Below are positions 12,941-26,289 of a stretch of 64,000 nt of DNA, piece after piece (within the stretch, counting starts at the first letter, position 1; the number at the start of each line of letters is the position of its first letter). The notes under the pieces were generated by a model, which worked only from the letters and a program-made list of their open reading frames with translations, searched no databases and had not been told where the DNA came from. Origin of the DNA: Octopus sinensis (taxonomy: Eukaryota); the NCBI RefSeq assembly GCF_006345805.1, contig NC_043003.1, positions 114,018,001 through 114,082,000 on the forward strand. Direction: 5' to 3'. A program made the translations under genes and the position numbers.

Positions 12941-14199
12941 AAAGAGATTTGAGAAGATTCGGAGGTATTGATGTTAGTGTTTTCGATTGCGGTAATGGAA
13001 ACTGCTGTAATTTCTGATGTGGGTTTTATTTCTTGTTCAGGACGGAGAGTCCGGTCGTTGCGTCGACGACCGGGGATCAAAAGATATTTCAGCCATGAGA
13101 AACGCATTATATTCGCAGACATCGCATAGCTTGAGCGACACAAAATATTGTGCTCTTCCATTTCTAAGACTATAGGAAGAGATTTGAGGGAGATTTGGCT
13201 GCTGTTTGTAGTGGGTGGCTGCTGTGAGTCTTCTATTGCTGGTGCTGAAGTTCGCTGTTATTGATATTTAGTTATCGATTAGCTCTGATCAAACAAACAT
13301 GACGAATAAATAAATGTTGAAGTTATGGCTTAGCTTTAGAAATTGCGAAACCCGAACAGCATCGTCCGATGTGTTTTTTGTTTGGAAGACAGTAAAATGT
13401 TATTTGAAGGAGATTTGGTTACTAATGCCAGAAAATTAAGCACAGAGAGACTCCTTCACTGTTTCGCTTCCTAACGGTAGGAGTGGTGACAATGTTGATG
13501 GTGGTGGCGGTGGGACATATTTGGCTGTGGTCTCAGCTTGAATACTTAAGCCAAAACATCGAATCCACTTTGACATATCCCCATCTCGTCACTCTTTCGC
13601 TTTCTCTCTCTCCTTCTCCCGCTCTCTTACATTATATTAATCAAAATTAAAAATAAATATATAAAAACCACAAGTATGACGCTTCCAACTGGATTCAAGT
13701 CGCAAATGTTGATTTTTATCCCGTTTATGTGTTCTTTATAATAATTGGATTTCTCGGCGCTTGATCAAATGTGGTCAGTGGTCAAAGTGGTGCTAGAAGT
13801 CTCTGCAATTCTTGTCGTTGGATTGTGAACTGGTCTGGTTTCGATTCATGTATGTTGCTCACCAGCGGTCAAGTTTGGAGACACACATTGAACATACATA
13901 CGTACATACGTTCACACATACATACCTTCATACAGTCTTACATACATACATTCATACATACATTTATATATAAATACATATGTACAAACATACATACATA
14001 CATTCGGTTATCTTAATTTTTAAAAATAAAAAAAAGGATAAAAATACCGCATTATTTATGGGATGTCCCAATACATACATACATACATACATACATACAT
14101 ACATACATACATACATACATACATACATACATGCATGCATGCATTCATCTATGCATACTGCTAAACAGCAACAAAGATAAATACATAAACTTAGTGCTG

Positions 14200-14580
14200 A
14201 AAAGTGAAGAAAAAATACTCTTCATACTGGAAGCGAGCTCCTCAGGAAATATTCTCTTCCTAATGAGCTCCCATGCAACCCCAAATCGACTGGATTAGCT
14301 TATCTCAGAGAAAACCTGGAAGTGAAACGCTCGGCATGTCAGAAAAAAGACTATGCATGGGTATGTTTCTCATTGACTTGAAGAAGACAGTAATACTGAC
14401 ATGGAGCGAGGTCTCTTTTGGGATCGTGACCGCTACATCATATCACCGTTCCAAGGCTATGTATTTGCAATCCAAGAACAGGAGATAATCCTCCGGTTAT
14501 TGGATACATACACAAACATCAGCACAAGGAATACCGATGGAACATTCCCATCAAAACATCTCTCAAGTGTAAGCATAATA
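14200..14580 (+). mobile_element. R4/Dong-like LINE fragment
   Basis: FQGYVFAIQEQEI resembles the ETEGFIxAAQDQ motif of the 16750 copy. Confidence 0.55.
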
Positions 14581-14602
14581 GGCAGGATATTATTGTTTGG
14601 GA

Positions 14603-14946
14603 TACTCTTTTTACTCTTTTACTTGTTTCAGTCATTTGACTGCGGCCATGCTGGAGCACCGCCTTAAGTTGAGCAAATCGACCCCAGGACTTATTCTTTG
14701 TAAGCCCAGTACTTATTCTATCGGTCTCTTTTGCCGAACCGCTAAGTGACGGGGACGTAAACACACCAGCATCGGTTGTGAAGCAATGCTAGGGGGACAA
14801 ACACACACACACACAAACACACACATACATATTTATATATATACACATATATACGACAGACTTCTTTCTGTTTCCGTCTACCAAATCCACTCACAAGGCA
14901 TTGGTCGGCCCGAGGCTATAGCAGATGACACTTGCCCAAGATGCCA
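14603..14946 (-). mobile_element. SINE family A, head-truncated
   Basis: Matches 9503-9916. Confidence 0.9.
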
Positions 14947-16114
14947 TATAGACAAAAACCAAAAAAAACGTATCTATCCCCAGAGATCAGCTGTCCTGCT
15001 GATGTGACTAATTCTTTGCAAATCAAAGTGAAGAGAAAGAAGACAACATGGGACAACTGCTTCGAAACATCCAGCTTTTCGATTCGTATTACAAATTTAT
15101 ACTTATACCAGCAATAATTGGCACACTTGGTTTTGTAAGTAAATGCTTAACTGTTACTCTGGATAAGCTTGGATTATCAGAAAAAGAAAAAAAAAAACAA
15201 CCGATTCGCGCATAATAGATACAAACTGAAAGCTAAACAGTAAAACTATGGAAGACTTATCTCAGGTTTAAAATGTGACATTGTTTTCGTTATCAACATT
15301 CCAATGATGGAACTTTGTACGTTTGATACAAACCAGCTCCTTCTTTAGAGAAAGCGTTTGAATAATTAAACACAGAAGCGACATACATACATGCCCCGTG
15401 CCTCTTTCATTATCATCCTATGACAGTTCTTTTGCTATTTTCTAATATTTCTTGAAATCCTTAATGAAATTTTCTAATCAACGGCCGAAAGCCATTCAGA
15501 GACCCCGCCACGTCTAAATGCCTAAACAAACACTTCTGACAACGTCGCACCAAGTCGCTGCCCCCGCATTGCCAGTTCACATTCTTGTTATACACATCGT
15601 CTCTACTCGACATCTTCCTTCCTCCTCTCACTGACTCACCCCTTCGTTCACTCCTACCAGCACAATATTTGCTGGCTCTTGGCATATTATGATGTATGCG
15701 TGTGTTTGTGTGTGTGTGTATGTGTGGTTCTGCACGTACAGTGTATATACATATAGAGACGTATGTATGTATGTATGTATGTATCTATCTATCTCACCCT
15801 CTCTCTATATATATGTATATATATAAATACATACATACATATATATATATATACATACACACATCCATGTATATATATGAATATGTTCATACATATACCC
15901 ACACGTATATAGCTACTTGTGCGTGAGTGTGTCTGTGCACGCACGCGTGCATGTCTGTATGTGTGTATATGTGTGTGTTCATGTGTGCAAGTATGTGCGT
16001 GTGTGTGTGTGTGTGTGTGTACGTCAAGGACTTTCTTCCTTAAGCTCAAACGCTAACAAGCCTTCTGATCCCTTCCCATCTGCCCCTACACACCTCCTCT
16101 ATTTCATTCTCTTT

Positions 16115-16155
<41 letters not shown>

Positions 16156-16569
16156 TCTCTCATATTCTTATACTTTTATGTTCACACTTCACTTTCACGC
16201 ATCAGTTACCTCCAAATTACTAACCAAACCACAGTAACACTCGGATTAACATTCGTGCTCCCACCGCCATTCCATATTCCATTTCTCATACAAATATCCT
16301 TCCGTATATCGTCCATAATTTCCTTCGTATTTTTTTGGCAGCTCCCTTAGAGAGAACTCTGGTCCTCTCAACATACACTTTGCGTTGGTAGCTTCTGGCT
16401 GATGCTCTATTCTTCGACTCCACCAGCACCACTAGAAGAACCGTAAAAAAAGGTCAGTGATTGACCTCGTGTTTGCTACATGATTAACAGTGACCAAGGA
16501 AATGACAGTTTATCCGAGGCGAGGTCACAAGTCAAATGACATTAAGGCTAAAACTGAAAAAATAACAAA

Positions 16570-16608
16570 AAGAAACAACAATGACAATAACAACAACAAT
16601 AATATTAA

Positions 16609-16656
<48 letters not shown>

Positions 16657-16711
16657 TAATAATAATAACAATAATAATAACAATAATAAAAATAACAATA
16701 ATAATAATAAC

Positions 16712-16750
<39 letters not shown>
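16570..16750. repeat. (AAT)n/(AAC)n microsatellite
   Basis: Direct reading. Confidence 0.97.
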
Positions 16751-16752
<2 letters not shown>

Positions 16753-17288
16753 CTGTGGCCTTAGATATTCTGAATAATAAATAGCAAAAAAACCTCTCTA
16801 TGGCAAATACCCAAAGAGAGCGAATAATGCAGATATTGACAAAGCCCTGACCCATCAATGGCTAATGGCCTCTGGCTTAAAATCTGAAACAGAAGGGTTT
16901 ATCATAGCAGCTCAAGATCAATGCCTACCAACAAGAAACTACCAGGCCAACATATTAAAGAACGGCAGTAGCCCAGCATGTCGTGTATGCCGACAGCAAA
17001 ATGAAACCATTGATCATGTCTCCAAATGCAGTCTTCTAGCGCCTACAGAGTACCTCAACAGGCATGATAGAGCTGCACAATATATTCACTGGGTAATTTG
17101 CAAAAACCTAGATTTACCCCATGAAAAAAACTGGTGGGAACACAATCCACCTCCAGTGCTTGAAAATGACCACATCTCACTCACCTGGAACTTCACCATT
17201 CAAACTGACAGAAAGATAGATGCAAATAGGCCAGACATCATATTGAAAGACTTCAGACAAAGAACATGCCTCTTCATTGATATGACCC
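16750..17288 (+). mobile_element. R4/Dong-clade LINE C-terminal region (CCHC finger and restriction-like endonuclease)
   Basis: LKSETEGFIIAAQDQ, CRVC..ETIDHV.KC, RHD, NRPDII..D; ends at a SINE B insertion. Confidence 0.88.
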
Positions 17289-17437
17289 CAGTACGCAACT
17301 GATACTTAATTTATCGACCCCGAAAGGATGAAAAGCAAAATCGACCTCGGCGGAATTTGAACTCAGAACGTAAAGCCAAACGAAATACTGCTAAGCATTT
17401 CGCCCAGCGTGCTAACGTTTCTGCCAGCTCGCAGCCT
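17289..17437 (-). mobile_element. SINE family B, partial monomer
   Basis: Matches the head and body of the 8917 dimer. Confidence 0.88.
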
Positions 17438-18271
17438 AAAGATGTTTGATGTTAAGGGCGAAGAGAAACTGGTTTGGCCACATCCCTACAATATTTGATA
17501 GAGCCCTATAAAAGTTAGAAGCAATGTCAAAAAGTCAGAAAGAAGGAAAATTAAAACAAAGAAATATCATCTAAAAACCGCAGTTCTATTCTGGATAAAT
17601 TCTTGAAACAGCGAATTTGATAAACTCGATACAATTGCAAAAGATCAATTCAGCAAACGAGGATTTTATTAAAGTGAAAATATGGATTCTATTTTATCCT
17701 GTCCAGAGAATCGACAGGGAGCTACATTGGCTCGTCATCGGGATAAGCAAAGGAGTGAATTTTGACCTTAATTGTAATACGGGCTTTCATTTAAAATATA
17801 TGTTGCGCTGTGATTGAATGTAATTTGTGGAACAGGAAATCTGTCAGTTTTTGCAAATGTTCTCTGTTACCTCCATGTCACAAAACACGGGAAGTTGCCA
17901 AAACCATCTGACGCAGGAAAGCTGCCAATGTTCTCTGCAATGTTCACATCACGTGACGTGTAAAGCTGCCAAAAATCATCTCATTTCTTCGTTTCAACAC
18001 ACAAAAAAGTACTCAACGAAAAATTCGAACCGAAACAAGACTTAAATTCAAATCTAGATAAGGCTTAAAGAAATCAATAAATATTTAATAGGATACATCA
18101 CTAATGAGTCAGAGATATCCGGTGTGTATAAGCGGATGCAATGTTCTCACATTACAATATGTAAATAGTATACATACATACACTCATACATACATACATA
18201 CATACATACACACAAATATATATATGTATATGAATGTATGTATATATATATATATATGTATATGAATGTAT

Positions 18272-18303
<32 letters not shown>

Positions 18304-18450
18304 GAATGTATGTATATATATATTTCTATAGATGTCTGTGTACATATATGTATATATACATATGGCTATGTGTGTGAATTTATATGTATATGCATATATA
18401 TTTATATAAATGTAATACACACACACGCGCGTGTATTCTGGGAGCGTAAT

Positions 18451-18849
18451 CTCTTTTACTCTTTTACTTGTTTCAGTCATTTGACTGTGGCCATGCTGGA
18501 GCACCACCTTTAGTCGAAGAAATCAACCCTAGGACTTATTCTGTGTAAGCCTAGTACTTAGTCTATCGGTTTCTTTTGCCGAACCGCTAAGTTACGGGAA
18601 CATAAACACACCAGCATCGATTGTCAAGCGATGTTGGGGGGTCACACAGACACACAAACATATACACACACACATGCATACATATACGACGGGCTTCTTT
18701 CAGTTTCTGTCTACCAAATCGACTCACAAGGCTTTGGTCGGTCCGAGGCTATAGTAGAAGACATTTGCCCAAGGAGCCACGCGGTGAGACTGAGCCCAGA
18801 ACCATGTGGTTGGTAAGCAAGCTACTTACTACATAGCCACTCCTGCACC
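18451..18849 (-). mobile_element. SINE family A, full length
   Basis: Matches 9503-9916. Confidence 0.9.
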
Positions 18850-18998
18850 TCTTATATACAATTCCATACAAAGACAGAGGCACAGTCGCCATTCATCTAC
18901 CAAATCATTTCGAAATGGTATAATGGATTAGAATTGTCTCTAAGTTGTTGATTTGCTTTTGTACCATTCTTTGTACAATCAATGGTATCGGACTCTCC

Positions 18999-19052
<54 letters not shown>

Positions 19053-19053
<1 letters not shown>

Positions 19054-19257
19054 GTTAATCCAAACAAGAAAGCACAAAAAAAAAACACAACAACGCGAGG
19101 ACGTGGAACAAATATAGTATTATTGGACGCTCAGGAAAGAAGGAAAGGAGGAGGGTTTAACGTTTCGAGCGGAGCTCTTCGTCGGAAACATAGAAGGAAA
19201 GATCCAGAGAAGGGAAGACAGAGGAAAAAAATCGCCAACGGTACACACGAGGTCACA
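19053..19257 (-). mobile_element. ~205-bp TA-flanked element carrying a minimal hammerhead motif (family E)
   Basis: Flanked by TA-rich microsatellite on both sides; related copies at 26891-27068 (+) and 54506-54660 (-). Confidence 0.75.
19155..19189 (-). ncRNA. Minimal type I hammerhead ribozyme motif (U4C variant)
   Basis: GUUU CCGACGA A GAGC UCC GCUC GAAA C GUU AAAC: stem I 4 bp, stem II 4 bp, palindromic stem III ACGU. Confidence 0.65.
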
Positions 19258-19273
19258 TATATATATACATATG

Positions 19274-19322
<49 letters not shown>

Positions 19323-20046
19323 ACATATACACACATATACATACACTCACACGAATACCCGCATACACACACACACATACATAAATTAGCAAATTTATGA
19401 AATCATATATAAGAATACAGATATAAAATATATATAAATCGATAAATATTTATTACTGTTTGTATGTAAATGCATCTATCGAAGTGTTTGTGATGTTTGA
19501 GTGACGTGTAATGTTGGTGGATACATCCGTGTGTGTGTGTGTGTGTGTGTGTGTGGTTTATGAGAAACCATGCCAGGCAGACGAGGGCAACGTTCTCCAT
19601 TCTATGTCAGATAATTGAATAAGTTCTCAAAACTGAAGACAGGCCAGTGTCACTTCAGTTATTAGATTAGATCTACTGGCTTTCGTTAAATGGATACAGT
19701 GGTAGTGCCATGGTGGGAGTGGTGAGGGGAGGAGGAGGATTATTGCTGGTGGTGCTGGTGGTAGTAGTAATAGTGATGGTATACGGTGTTGGCGGTGGTT
19801 GTGATGGTAGTGGCATGCAGAGGTGTTCTCTGCTGGTGTACAGTCGATGGTGGTGATCAAACTGATGGTTTATATTACAAGCAATGGTTGGGTGATAGAA
19901 GGAGATGCACCGTTGGTATACAAGGATGGTGGTGGTGGTGGTGGCGTTGGTCGTTGGTTGTGGTGGCACAGCTGATAAATAGTAGATGGGTAAGAGTTGT
20001 AATTATAACACCGATAGTGGTATTGCTTGCATTGCTACTGTGATCA

Positions 20047-20083
<37 letters not shown>

Positions 20084-21166
20084 GTTGCTACTACTACTAC
20101 TGCTGCTGCTACTACTATTACTACTACTACTGCTACTACTACTACTACTTGAAATAGTTCTGGTAGTTTGTGTTGTAGTAGTGGTGGTCGTGATTTAAAA
20201 ATAGTCCTGAAGGTTTGCTGTTGCTAAGGACCATGGTAAATCTGATTGAGCAGGTTTATCATGAAAGACGTTCCATCCATGACTATCATGCCTTTTTAGT
20301 ACCTTGTAACATGAATCACTACAAGCTACAAGATGTAAACCACACATTCGCAGATGGGTATAGAAACACTCAGAGGACTCGGGCCTAGATCAATAAATTT
20401 ATGCCATCTATGCAAAAACCTGAATGCACGGAATTATACGTATAGACACACACACACACACACACACACACATAAACACACACACACACACACACCCATT
20501 AAGCGTATCGAGAAAACTGTCAACAAATTCTTCAAAAGCTAAAACCTTTTTGTCACTTTTGAAAGTTTATCTAAGTAGCCACTGCTTGAATATTACTCTC
20601 GACCTAGGATCTAGCTTCCTCTAACCTATCATAAGCCGAATGAAACCCTAAAGTACATAAGCATGATGTTTAATCATCCTAAATCCGTTTTAAATCGTAT
20701 AGTTAAAGGAATTTCCATTATAATATTTAATCTCACTACTAAGGAAGATATTTTTGATAATTTTGCCCCTCGCTATAACCAGAACTGCTGCAATAACAGC
20801 TTCCCTGAGAACTCCTAAATCCTCAATACGAAAATGAAAACCAAACTAGAACTTCCAATTCCCTGTTGCGATAGTAGGTCCCCAAAACTTACCCCTACTC
20901 TTCGACGTGCTTACTCCCTCCACTACACTTCTGCGCTGCTGACACTTTATGTACAAGAATCGTAACCAGGCCAACCTTGACGCGGAATAAATTCTGATCG
21001 CAATTGACAGACCAGCACAACCATAGGGTTAGAAACCGTGAGATCTTATGGTTCGCATCTCCGTTCTCCCTTTATGTTAAATGTTTCCCTTTACTTTTCT
21101 TCTATATTTTCAACTCAAATTTCCCACACGAACATAAGTACTATTTCATATTTAAATAAACTCTCT

Positions 21167-21582
21167 CTATTTTTTTATTGCCCATAAGGGGCTAAACATA
21201 GAGGGGACAAACAAAGACAGACAAAGGGATTAAGTCGATTACATCGACCCCAGTGCATAACTGGTACTTAATTTATCGACCCCGAAAGGATGAAAGGCAA
21301 AGTCGATCTCGGCGGAATTTGAACTCAGAACGTAGCGGCAGACGAAATACCTATTTCTTTACTATCCACAAAGGGCTAAACACAGAGAGGACAAACAAGG
21401 ACAGACAAACGGATTAAGTTGATTATATCGACCCCAGTGCGAAACTGGTACTTATTTAATCGACCCCTAAAGGATGAAAGGCAAAGTCGACCTCTGCGGA
21501 ATTTGAACTCACAACGTAACGGCAGACGAAAAGCGGCTACGCATTTCGTCCGGCGTGCTAACGTTTCTACCATCTCTCCGCC
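21167..21582 (-). mobile_element. Dimeric SINE (family B)
   Basis: Same head+body+body layout as 8917-9332. Confidence 0.9.
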
Positions 21583-21993
21583 GTCAACTCTTTATTAAAA
21601 TTAACTCTCTATTAAATAAACTCTCTATTAAAATTGCATATTCCACCACTCCAAATCTGAGATCTATAAACACTGCTTCTAACAGGCATAAGATCGGGCA
21701 CCCAATAGAGGGCTCGAAAAATCCCTAATCGGCCTTCTACCATAACCGTGTTAATAGTAACACCATTTGGGACGTTTCCAACCAAAAATCAATTTCAACG
21801 CATGCTACTACTGCTACATTATCCAATTAAACTGAAATGCCGTGGTTTCTACTGTCGACACAGAACCTCCTAGTATCGACAGTCTCGGCTCAGGAGTAAA
21901 TATCGCCCACGGCAACTGCTGTATTTTGGGTCTACCTATTAGAATTAGTCATAAACCCGACTTCTCCTAAATGTGCAAATTTCCCTCACTTTG

Positions 21994-22404
21994 ATACCTA
22001 TTTCTTTATTGCCCACAAGGGGCTAAACACAGATACGACAAACAAGGACAGACAAACGGATTAAATCGATTATATCGACGCCAGTGTGTAACTGGTACTT
22101 AATTTATCGACCTCGAAAGGATGAAAGATAAAGTCGACCTCGGCGGAAGTTGAACTCAGAATGTAGCGGCAGACGAAATACCTATTTCTTTATTACCCAC
22201 AAGGGGCTAAACACGGAGGGGACAAACAAGGACAGACATAGGTATTAAGTTGATTACATCGACCCCAGTGCGTAACTGGTACTTAATTTATTGACCCCGA
22301 AAGGATGAAAGGCAAAGTCGACCTCGGCGGAATTTGAACTCACAACGTAGCGGCAGACGAAATACCGCTAAGCATTTCGCCCGGCGTGCTAACGTTTCTG
22401 CCAG
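21994..22404 (-). mobile_element. Dimeric SINE (family B) with 14-bp TSD
   Basis: TTTCCCTCACTTTG at 21980-21993 and 22405-22418. Confidence 0.92.
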
Positions 22405-23061
22405 TTTCCCTCACTTTGGTACCGGTGACGGAAGGGAAGGACCACGAAAGATAATTTAAGAGTTCACATTCCATCAGTTATTGGAAAAGTTGTAATTTTC
22501 GAGTCTCTACAACTTTGAGTATAAATGTACGGTCACAACTTCACGTTCCTATTAGGCTGAGGTCTATATTGGAGGTGTAATCAGCTTCAAATGGCGCTAT
22601 CTTACACACCGGATCTCTTTTGCAAACTGGACCTCTGAACAATCTACTTCTCTTGCGACTTACATACTCTACCCCAAGTCCCAGGGCACACTTAGACCTT
22701 GCTCTGGTCAATAACTCAGGTGGAACTCTTTACATTGCAAGTAATCGCGTCGATCCCTATATTATGCCAATATGAAACCTTTGTACTAAATAGCATCTCT
22801 GACGTTTTCTTTGCTTGCAGGTATAAATTCTACAAGACATTTTCCCATTATGTATAATCATTATAATTTCTCATTATTTTAGATAAACTTCCCTCTTACT
22901 GACTGTTATTTCTTTTATATGTATTTACTAGTGTCCTGTTTTGAAAATTGAATAAAGCCTGAGATTTCTTGGAGAAAAACATGCCTGAACTAGTGTTTCC
23001 TCAGCAGGAAACTAACAGAAGCTCATATCTTTTTATATCATTTTTAACGAGAAATTATACT

Positions 23062-23096
<35 letters not shown>

Positions 23097-23614
23097 CACA
23101 CACACATATATATACACATACATATATACGAGATCAGATTGTCATCTCGCAATGACTAGACTTACATACATACATACATAAATCTGCAATTACTCTATCC
23201 AGATTACAAATTCAGGTTTATACCTGGGGCCCTGGGATAGGTAACACAATGCCTAAATACCAATCTTGAGGAATTAGTCTTCTCAAAACGAGAAAGGAGG
23301 AAGCTAATTCAAAAACTACAGATCCAATCCATCACTGGAACTGTAAAAATCTGTAAAACTTTCCGGAAGTTTATCATTTAAATGTATACATGAGCATGGA
23401 TATGCAACTATATGCATGAGAATGCATATATACATCAAAACATTCAAATCTGCACATACGAAACAAAGATACACTGTTGTTGATGTTGAAATTCCAATGA
23501 AGGAGCCTTTGGTCTAGGTTAGAAACCAGTTCTTTCTCTATAGGCAAGAAATCTTGAAATAAACTGAATGACATACAAACATGCATGCATACATACACAC
23601 AAATATCACCTTGA

Positions 23615-23790
23615 TCGACCAGTCCGTCAGGCGTTCATTTGACACCGCTGGTCACAGCACGCTGTCCACTCCTCTCCGGTTCGCGCCTTTCTCATCCACG
23701 TGATCCCAATCGTCCTCCTGAAATCGTAACTCCACCGTCGTGGAGGTTTTCCGGGTGGTCTTTTCCGCTCGCGCGGGTACCACTCGAACA
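23615..23790 (-). mobile_element. RTE-type LINE 3' end fragment
   Basis: EWYPRERKRPPGKPPRRWSYDF...WMRKAR. Confidence 0.8.
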
Positions 23791-23843
23791 CACAAAAATA
23801 CATACACATATACATACATACATTAATGCATGCACACATACAT

Positions 23844-23895
<52 letters not shown>

Positions 23896-25384
23896 GTATG
23901 TATATATAAATAGTAGTTAAATTTCCTTGGCTCTCCTGATTTCTTCCGTCCGCCCTTTGACGGGTGTTGTTTTGTCATTCCGTATTATTTAAACTCAGGA
24001 CAGGTTTTATGAAATAAAGTAACGAATAAAGAAGCTTCAATATGCCAAGCTCTTCTGCTTCAAGCATTGTCCACCTAGAGGTGCAGTATCCAGTGTGCAA
24101 TCCCTATTTTCGTAGCAGTATTGTGTAACTGGATTGAAATTTGACTGCTATTTCTAACCCATGTGAGTTCATGACTAATGCTGTTGCTGCTGTTGTTCAT
24201 GTGTTGCCATTAAGTCAGTCTTGATTGAATAGATTTATGATTAAAGACTTATGATCAAAAACATTCAACGAGTGATTATAACTGTCCTTTTTCTCCAGAC
24301 ACAATATATCTAGGACCACCAGACAGCAGAGAAGTTTCGAGGGAGATTTGGCTGCTATGTTGCTTCATGAATAATGGCGCTGATGTATAAATATTGATTT
24401 TCTTGTTATTGTTGCTTAGCCGAAGCTCAACGTTAATTGAGTAGACTTATGATCAAGGAGGTTCCAGCGGTGACCATCCAATCTTTTTACTCTGGATAAA
24501 GATCCCAGCTCCATATTCTCCAAATTATTCTTTTTCTTCAACTTTACGGTATGATCTATTGGAAATTTGGTTGTTTTTTCTAGCACGTCGAGGGACCAGG
24601 TGGAGGCACATAGGTTGGTTTGTTGGTGGTGGTGTCGTTGGTGGTGCGGGCAATAGTAACGATGTTCAACGTTGATGGCCGTCGATGGCTTCATATATAA
24701 ATAACACAATGGGTGGATGTCTAACTGGTTATCAGGGTGGAGGATAACTGGGGTATATATCTGGGTAGTCAATATATTATTATGTCGGACAGTTTAGAAC
24801 CTCGTCTCCTATTCACCAGAAAATGATCAGAATAAAAAAAAAACGTAGAAAAAAGAAGCTTAATTAACATTTCTTTAACACCCCAGCACAGGTGGCCTCT
24901 GTCAGGTTTTGTAGATCGCCGTGGTGGTGGTGGTGGTGGCACTTGGTAGAAGTAGTAGTGGCCGCGAGTTTAGGAAAATTGATGTTGTTGGAAGAGGGAG
25001 GGGAGAGACTGTAGATTGAAGGTTTTTTTACGATCTCCTCACATACACATACACACACACACAAGCATTACACGGCGAAGGCCCACCCATCCTGATTCTG
25101 TGATTAGATTTCTCTTTCCCACCATTTTTAACATTATTCTCCTCCCCCTCTCTTGCTTTCCCTCCCTCTCTCTCTCTCTCTTGTCCCTCCCACCCCTACT
25201 CTGCTCCCTTAATCTCCTCTCTCACTTCCCCAATCTGACACAAACAACATCAACTTGTCTTTGGAGGTTTAATGACATTCTTAACAGCAATTCTTTTGAT
25301 ATCTACACACATCATCGCTTCTACACGTGTACACTAATCTACATACATGTGCGTGCATGTGTACACACACACACACACACAAGT

Positions 25385-25680
25385 CTGTGAAGGCGCGTGG
25401 TTTAGTGGTTAGGGTGTTGCACCCACGTTCGTGCTAGATCTAGCGATTGTGAGTTCGATTCCCGGACCAGCCGGTACTCTTCGTTTCACATTACTCCAGT
25501 CCATTCAGCAACAGCTGGTTCACCCTTGGACGGAATATCCTTCCGATCAGGAGGAATAGTGGGTTGCTCGCTTAACCAGTGGTTCCCATTATTCGAAAGC
25601 TGAAACGATGCGAAGCGCATTGTAACCAGCAATGTATAACAAAACCCGATCATGTGGTCAGTCAGGTGATCTCAGAATTA
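25385..25680 (+). mobile_element. Degenerate tRNA-headed SINE with V-domain-like core
   Basis: GGCGCGTGGTTTAGTGGTTAGG head and GAGTTCGATTCCC B box; core resembles the 49884 copy. Confidence 0.65.
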
Positions 25681-26289
25681 TATATATACCTACACATGTA
25701 TATACACAAATTCACAAAAACAATAAAATAGATCAGATGCAGCACGGATTTTTGTCTGTGAACAGGTCACGGATTTTAGCGACGAAAATATTTTGACAAA
25801 TTAAACTTAAATGTTGAAGTGAATCGAACGGCTTTTGTGTTTTTCTTAATTGGCTTACAAACACCTTCCACGCTGCAACTGTTTTCGTTCCAGCACACAC
25901 AGTAAAGGCCCACCCATCCTGATTCTGTGATTAGATTTCTCTTTCCCACCAATTTTAACATTATTCTCCTCCCCCTCTCTTGCTCTCCCTCTCAGATCAA
26001 ATCACTTGCTATGCGAGTACATCTCCGTAATAAAATAGAGATTCTCCTATTCGTCACATGATCCCCATAAATAAATAAAATAAAATAAAATAAAATAAAA
26101 TCTAAAAAGCCCATATGCTTCTACATGTTTCTTTCCCAAACTGTACATTTCCAGTGATCCAAGAGATACAGAGCTATTTTTTCTAACAGGTCAAGCGACT
26201 ACGCATAGAGGGACAAAGGTTAGCTCATTGGTAATTGCATTTCCATTAACGGTGTGTATAATAAGTGCACGAGTTTAAGTATGCACCTG

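Larger units (their letters stand above)
20370..22900 (+). mobile_element. Decayed Penelope-like retroelement (RT thumb, linker, C-terminal GIY-YIG), interrupted by (CA)n and two SINE dimers
   Basis: IKRIEKTVNKFFKS; NITLDL..YHKPNETLKYI..NHPKSVLNRIVKGIS; RNREILWFASPFS; KIAYSTTPNLRSI; YKCTVTT..EVYIGGVISFKWRYLTHRISF; LCQYETFVLN. Confidence 0.85.

Noticed and set aside
17525-17800. Start of a hAT/ZMYM-like transposase (SQKRRKIK..ILDKFLKQ across frameshifts)
   Set aside because: Needs several frameshifts and rests on low-complexity basic residues; too weak to call
22950-22990. Possible decayed hammerhead at the 3' end of the Penelope fossil (CCTGAGATTTCTTGGAGAAAAAC)
   Set aside because: Core incomplete and no convincing stems I or III
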